A stretch of 64,000 nt of DNA from Candidatus Bathyarchaeia archaeon (GTDB taxonomy: Archaea; Thermoproteota; Bathyarchaeia; Bathyarchaeales; Bathycorpusculaceae), in NCBI GenBank assembly GCA_049521795.1, contig JBEKOM010000001.1, positions 192,001 to 256,000 on the forward strand. The letters are read 5' to 3'. The stretch's first letter is position 1; every line of letters begins with the position of its first letter. The notes beneath the pieces were generated by a model, which did not search any database, was not told where the DNA came from, and worked only from the letters and a program-made list of their open reading frames with translations. Positions 59,376 through 64,000 of the stretch are shown piece after piece. The translations under genes and the position numbers were made by a program.

Positions 59376-60200
59376 ATGATTCTGGTCGTCGCCTCAAACA
59401 AGGACGTCGCAGGTCTAAACATCCAAAAACAGATCTTGACTCATTACGATTTTAGAGAAACAACTCGAAGATTTCAGGCAAACCCAACGTACGAGGCTAC
59501 GATTGACGACAAGAACGTGGAACTCATAACGTTGAACGAGGAATCGGTCCGCGCACAGAGCCTGCCAGACGCCTTCAACAGACTGGAACTCATTATCTTT
59601 GCCTCAAGACACAGCAGCGTCAGCGGAACGCCCACACTGTCGGTGCACACGCCGGGCAACCTAGCTGAGGCAGAGCTGGGCGGAATCCCGAGAAAAGTGT
59701 CCGTCTCCCCTGCGAACCCGATGAGAGAAACCTTGAAGACCATGATGAAACTTAAGGAAGAGATGCAGCTTGATTATGAAGTATCCTACGAGTGCACGCA
59801 TCACGGGCCTTCATTAGACGTTCCTACGATGTTTGCCGAGCTTGGCAGCTCACCTAAACAGTGGAGTGACATGAAAGCCGCTGAAGCTGTCGCACACGCA
59901 ACGATGGAAACGGTTCAAAGGTTCGGTCAACATCCAGTCAAAGCAGTCGTGGGCATAGGCGGACCCCACTACAATAGCAGGTTCACTCGAATGGCGCTGG
60001 AGAAAGAATTGGCTTTCGGACACATGATTCCAAAGTATGCGGTTTCAAAGGTCGATACAAACATCCTGAGACAATGTGTCGAAAGAACGATGGAAAACGT
60101 CGAAACTGTGATTCTCGACTGGAAGGGAATAAGAGGAGGAGACAAACCGCCATTGATAAAGATCCTCAACGAAACGGGCACACCGTTCGTGAAGGCATAG
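59376..60200 (+). CDS. dtdA: D-aminoacyl-tRNA deacylase
   Basis: SRH, HTPGN, E.THHGP, ELGS, GG.HY. Confidence 0.95.
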   Translation: MILVVASNKDVAGLNIQKQILTHYDFRETTRRFQANPTYEATIDDKNVELITLNEESVRAQSLPDAFNRLELIIFASRHSSVSGTPTLSVHTPGNLAEAELGGIPRKVSVSPANPMRETLKTMMKLKEEMQLDYEVSYECTHHGPSLDVPTMFAELGSSPKQWSDMKAAEAVAHATMETVQRFGQHPVKAVVGIGGPHYNSRFTRMALEKELAFGHMIPKYAVSKVDTNILRQCVERTMENVETVILDWKGIRGGDKPPLIKILNETGTPFVKA

Positions 60201-60321
60201 CACCTTACGTTCTTAAGCAAGGGTCATCTCAAGGCAAAGGTTAATAGAAATGTGCGTCTTTATCTACCAGAGCCTACAGTAACCCTTATATCAAATTGAA
60301 ATATTGAGAGTGCGATGAAAC

Positions 60322-60504
60322 ATGGGCTTGAGAGATTTCCTAGCTCAATGCGGAAGAACGCTGAAGCTGGCTATTAAGCCTGGAAGAAGCGAGCTTTGGC
60401 TATCCATAAAAATATGCTTCTTGGGCATCATGGCGATAGGCTTAATCGGTTTTGTCATCAAACTGCTGTCCTCAGTCATCCAGCCAGGAGTCCCCACGTC
60501 TTAG
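60322..60504 (+). CDS. secE: Protein translocase SecE/Sec61-gamma
   Basis: R.LKLA.KP...E, G...IG.IGF; conserved position. Confidence 0.9.
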   Translation: MGLRDFLAQCGRTLKLAIKPGRSELWLSIKICFLGIMAIGLIGFVIKLLSSVIQPGVPTS

Positions 60505-60518
60505 AAAGGGGAAACTCG

Positions 60519-61007
60519 ATGGAAAAACCCGAAGAGTACACCACAAAGATCTTTGCTGTGAAAACAACCACGGGTCAAGAAAGAAACGTTGCCAGACTCA
60601 TCGCAGCCAAGGTTGCCATGAACAAGATACCTATAAAGGCCATTCTCGCGCCCGAAACACTGAAGGGATACGTCTTCTTAGAGGCTGAGGGCCCGCACCT
60701 AGTCGAGGAAGCCATAGGAGGCATAAAACACGTGCGCTCAAGGGTTCCAGGCATCGTCAGTTTCGCTGAAGTTGAGAGATACATAGTCAAGAAACCGATC
60801 ATAGAAGAGTTGAACGAAAGCGACATAGTCGAAGTAACCGGCGGACCATTCAAAGGCATGCGCGCAAAGATAACCAGGATTGACAAGACGAAGGAAGAAG
60901 TCACGCTTGAGCTGCTGGAAGCAACCTTCACCCTGCCCATAACAGTGAGCTCGGAGTACGTTAAACTGGTGGAGAGAGCAAAAACCGCTACTCGCGGTGA
61001 AACATAA
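60519..61007 (+). CDS. spt5: Transcription elongation factor Spt5
   Basis: T.GQE, KGYVF.E, KOW motif (GPFKG); start 60519. Confidence 0.95.
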   Translation: MEKPEEYTTKIFAVKTTTGQERNVARLIAAKVAMNKIPIKAILAPETLKGYVFLEAEGPHLVEEAIGGIKHVRSRVPGIVSFAEVERYIVKKPIIEELNESDIVEVTGGPFKGMRAKITRIDKTKEEVTLELLEATFTLPITVSSEYVKLVERAKTATRGET

Positions 61008-61501
61008 TGGCCGACAAGAAAGTCACAGAACTACTCGTGAGCGGAGGACAGGCAAACGCAGGACCCCCGCTGGGACCAGCGCTCGGACCGCTCGGCGTAA
61101 ACGTCATGGAAATCGTGAACAAGATAAACGAGCTTACAAAAGACTACTCTGGAATGAAGGTTCCTGTCAAAGTCATCGTCGACCCTGACACCAAACAGTT
61201 TGAAGTAACCATTGGAACACCCACAGCGTCCGCCTTGATCGTCAGCGAACTCAAGGTCGAGAAAGGCTCAGGCACACCGAGCACGCTGAAGGTTGGAAAC
61301 CTCACCATAGACCAGGTGATTCGAATAGCCAAGATGAAGCGCCCAGAACTGCTGTCAAAAACCCTGAAAGGAGCAGCCAAGGAGATCCTAGGAGTTTGCG
61401 TCAGCATGGGAGTGACGGCTGAGGGCAAAGACCCTCGCGAAGTCCAACGAGACATCGACGAAGGCAAGTACGACGAAATGCTGAGCAAAAGCCAAGCATA
61501 A
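61007..61501 (+). CDS. rpl11: 50S ribosomal protein L11
   Basis: GG.A..GPPLGPALGP.G. Confidence 0.97.
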   Translation: MADKKVTELLVSGGQANAGPPLGPALGPLGVNVMEIVNKINELTKDYSGMKVPVKVIVDPDTKQFEVTIGTPTASALIVSELKVEKGSGTPSTLKVGNLTIDQVIRIAKMKRPELLSKTLKGAAKEILGVCVSMGVTAEGKDPREVQRDIDEGKYDEMLSKSQA

Positions 61502-61553
61502 GAGAATACTTTTATAACCGCGTATCATTCCCTCAATGGCACGAGGCCTCTAG

Positions 61554-62204
61554 ATGCCTTTAGACCAAAAAACGATCCTCGCTGCAGTAAAAGAGGCAAA
61601 AGAAAAGTCTCAGAAGAGAAAATTCAACCAATCAGTAGAGCTCATCCTGAAGCTGCAAGACATCGACATGAAAGCACCTGAAAGCAAGATCCAAGAGGTC
61701 GTAGAGCTCCCGTACGGATTCGAAAAACCCAACTCGATCTGCGTCATCGCCTCCGGCGAACTGGCGATGAAGGCGAGAAAGGCAAAGGCAGACCGCGTCG
61801 TCGAAAAGAGCGACCTTGAAAGCATGGCCGGCAAAAAACAAGAGATGCGAAAGATAGCTAACGCGTACGATGTTTTCATCGCCGAAGCACCGCTGATGCC
61901 GCTGGTAGGCAGAACATTAGGCTCCGTACTAGGTCCAAGAGGCAAGATGCCCATACCCGTCCCGCCGACAGCAGACATTGAAGGCTTGTTGACCAAAAAC
62001 CGCAAGACGATCATCGTTAGAATGCGCAACCAGCCCATACTGCAAAACCGCGTCGGAATGGAAAACATGAAGGAAGAGGAAATATCCGAGAACATCCAAG
62101 CGGTTCTAAGGGTGCTAGAAGGAAAACTCAAGAAAGGAATGAAGAACATCAAGTTCGCCTACATAAAAACAGCTATGGGCGCGCCCGTGAAGATCAAACC
62201 ATAA
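61554..62204 (+). CDS. rpl1: 50S ribosomal protein L1
   Basis: RKF.QSVEL, LGPRGKMP, KT.MG. Confidence 0.97.
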   Translation: MPLDQKTILAAVKEAKEKSQKRKFNQSVELILKLQDIDMKAPESKIQEVVELPYGFEKPNSICVIASGELAMKARKAKADRVVEKSDLESMAGKKQEMRKIANAYDVFIAEAPLMPLVGRTLGSVLGPRGKMPIPVPPTADIEGLLTKNRKTIIVRMRNQPILQNRVGMENMKEEEISENIQAVLRVLEGKLKKGMKNIKFAYIKTAMGAPVKIKP

Positions 62205-62216
62205 AGAGGAAAACCG

Positions 62217-63068
62217 ATGCCGTCCAAACAAGCTCTGCAACAGAAGACCAAGGAAGTCGAAGAGATAACCAACCTCATCAAAGGTTACAGCATCATCGGA
62301 ATCGCAAGCCTGCAGAAAGTCAGAGCGGCTCAACTGCAGGAGTTCAAGAGAAACCTGGCGGACAAGGTGTACATGCGAGTTTTGAAGAACACATTGATAA
62401 AGCTCGCCATCGAGAACTGTAAGGAAAGACCCGACCTGAAGAAACTCGAAGAACACGTAAAAGGGTCAAACGTTTTCATGTTCACAAACCTGAACCCGTT
62501 CAAACTGTCACTGATCCTTCAAAGAGGAAAAGTCAAAACGACCGCCAAGTCAGGCGACGTAGCAGCCTTCGACGTTATTGTCCCAGCGGGAAACACTGGA
62601 CAACCTCCAGGCCCCATAATCAGCCAACTAAACGCAGTAGGCCTGCCAACACGAATCGAGTCGGGAAGCGTCTGGATAAACAAGGACACGCTGGTAGTCA
62701 GGAAAGGAGAACAGATCAACGAAAGGCTAGCCAGCATGCTGTCAAAGCTCGGAATAAAACCCGTTGAAGCAGGACTCGCGCTGACCGTGGCCTTCGACGA
62801 CGGTCTAATCGTGACAGAGGAACAGCTCAGGCTTGACATTGACGCAACGAAACACGATGTCGAAAGTGCCTACGCCGAATCATTTGCCCTGTCATTAAGC
62901 ATCAGCTATCCCACCAAGGAAAACATGGCCACACTGATACAACTCGCTCACAGAGAAGCATACGCTCTCTCACTTGGCGCGGCAATACCTACGAAGGAAA
63001 CAATAGAAGACCTGCTCAGAAAAGCAAACGCTCAAATGCAGAGCCTAAACAGCAAGGTAACTCACTAG
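62217..63068 (+). CDS. rpl10: 50S ribosomal protein L10 (P0)
   Basis: KNTL, NPF.L, G.TG..PGP, L.KLGI.P. Confidence 0.96.
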   Translation: MPSKQALQQKTKEVEEITNLIKGYSIIGIASLQKVRAAQLQEFKRNLADKVYMRVLKNTLIKLAIENCKERPDLKKLEEHVKGSNVFMFTNLNPFKLSLILQRGKVKTTAKSGDVAAFDVIVPAGNTGQPPGPIISQLNAVGLPTRIESGSVWINKDTLVVRKGEQINERLASMLSKLGIKPVEAGLALTVAFDDGLIVTEEQLRLDIDATKHDVESAYAESFALSLSISYPTKENMATLIQLAHREAYALSLGAAIPTKETIEDLLRKANAQMQSLNSKVTH

Positions 63069-63652
63069 TTAAGACCTAGCTCATTTGCTTTTCAATCGAC
63101 GATTCTGTAGCGCGCACGTTTTCAACATTGATTTGCGGTTGTAGATATCTATCCAAAATGGCAATCTTTATTTTATTGGCAATTATCAACAACGATCACG
63201 GCAGTTCAGATTCAAAGCAAGCTGGAAAGATAGATGAGCAAAAAGAAAAAGAAGCAGAGAAAAGGAACACAGGGCGACGCAGAGAAGATCATAGAGGAAG
63301 ACAAGGCATACAGCACGATGGAACGAGAAGAAGACTTTTAGGCCAATCATGTTAGAACAAAAGTTACCAAACATTATTCTCTTTCGAGTCCTCAGTGTTT
63401 GTGCCTTCGAGAACAGAAAATGCGCGATCATCCAGGCACGCTTTCCTCAAAATACCACCTTCCACAGTTTTCTATGCACAGAAAGCTTAAATCATGGGAT
63501 TTTGTATGTGAAGGAATACTGCTAAAGTTAGGCAGTGGGTAGCACAGTGCCCAACTAATGGGATTGAACAAGGTATTAGGGTCCCAATAGTAAGGGAAAG
63601 GGCCGCGCCAACTGAAAAAACTTAAAATAGTCGATGTGAGAGGTGAAAGGGT

Positions 63653-63976
63653 ATGGAATATATTTACGCTGCAATGCTTCTCCACAAGGCAGGAAAGGAG
63701 ATAAACGAGGCAAACCTGACACAGGTTTTGACAGCCGCCGGAATAAACGCCGACACAGTTCGCGTCAAAGCCTTAGTGGCTTCTCTGGCTGAAGTGAAAA
63801 TAGATGAAGCGATCAAGACTGCTCCAACGATGATGGCAGCGCCAGCCGCAGCAACGGCAGCCGCAGCAGCACCAGCAGCAGAAGCGAAGCCGAAGGAAGA
63901 CGAGAAGAAGAAGAAAGAAGAAGAAAAGCAGAAGGAAGAAGCAGCGCTCGAAGGCCTAGGCGCCCTCTTCGGTTAA
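63653..63976 (+). CDS. rpl12: 50S ribosomal protein L12 (P1)
   Basis: MEYIYAA.LLH, Ala-rich hinge, GLGALFG. Confidence 0.97.
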   Translation: MEYIYAAMLLHKAGKEINEANLTQVLTAAGINADTVRVKALVASLAEVKIDEAIKTAPTMMAAPAAATAAAAAPAAEAKPKEDEKKKKEEEKQKEEAALEGLGALFG

Positions 63977-64000
63977 ACGCATCTCAATTTTCCCACATTG

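Noticed and set aside
63235-63440. Amber read-through (pyrrolysine) of the short basic ORF
   Set aside because: The downstream frame shows no recognisable protein and no pyl genes are in the window
85-63685. Numerous antisense or shadow ORFs in the track (e.g. 2475-3221, 32453-32992, 47786-48376, 52373-53128)
   Set aside because: They overlap well-supported genes and show no motifs
1-64000. CRISPR array, cas genes or rRNA
   Set aside because: No regularly spaced repeats, cas motifs or rRNA-like sequence seen

Overview
Archaeal chromosome segment. Gene content and style (TACK-like dtdA-secE-spt5-rpl11-rpl1-rpl10-rpl12 order without ftsZ, cohesin/dockerin surface protein, tRNAs with D-loop introns) suggest Bathyarchaeia; this is inference. 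Positions 1-43.5 kb are accessory and metabolic: tldD/pmbA, gpmA-pyk-GT4 glycosyltransferase, an orphan proteasome-beta-like gene, nikR with a P1B ATPase, a protease-rich PadR/LonC region, heliorhodopsin, dph6 with a glutaminase, kdpABC between duplicated Lrp-RAM genes, and catalase with PerR. Positions 53.3-64 kb are conserved translation genes. The highlight is a ~6.5 kb integrated rolling-circle element (43631-50142) in tRNA-Arg(CCT). Its tyrosine integrase is split by integration (SSV1-like). The element-side copy of the tRNA 5' half carries a 55-nt D-loop intron, while the displaced copy is intronless. The antisense of that intron is integrase coding sequence and is required to keep int(N) and int(C) in frame. 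The element also carries two unexplained two-gene cargo modules that look defence-like. All calls come from reading motifs by eye; no database searches were run.
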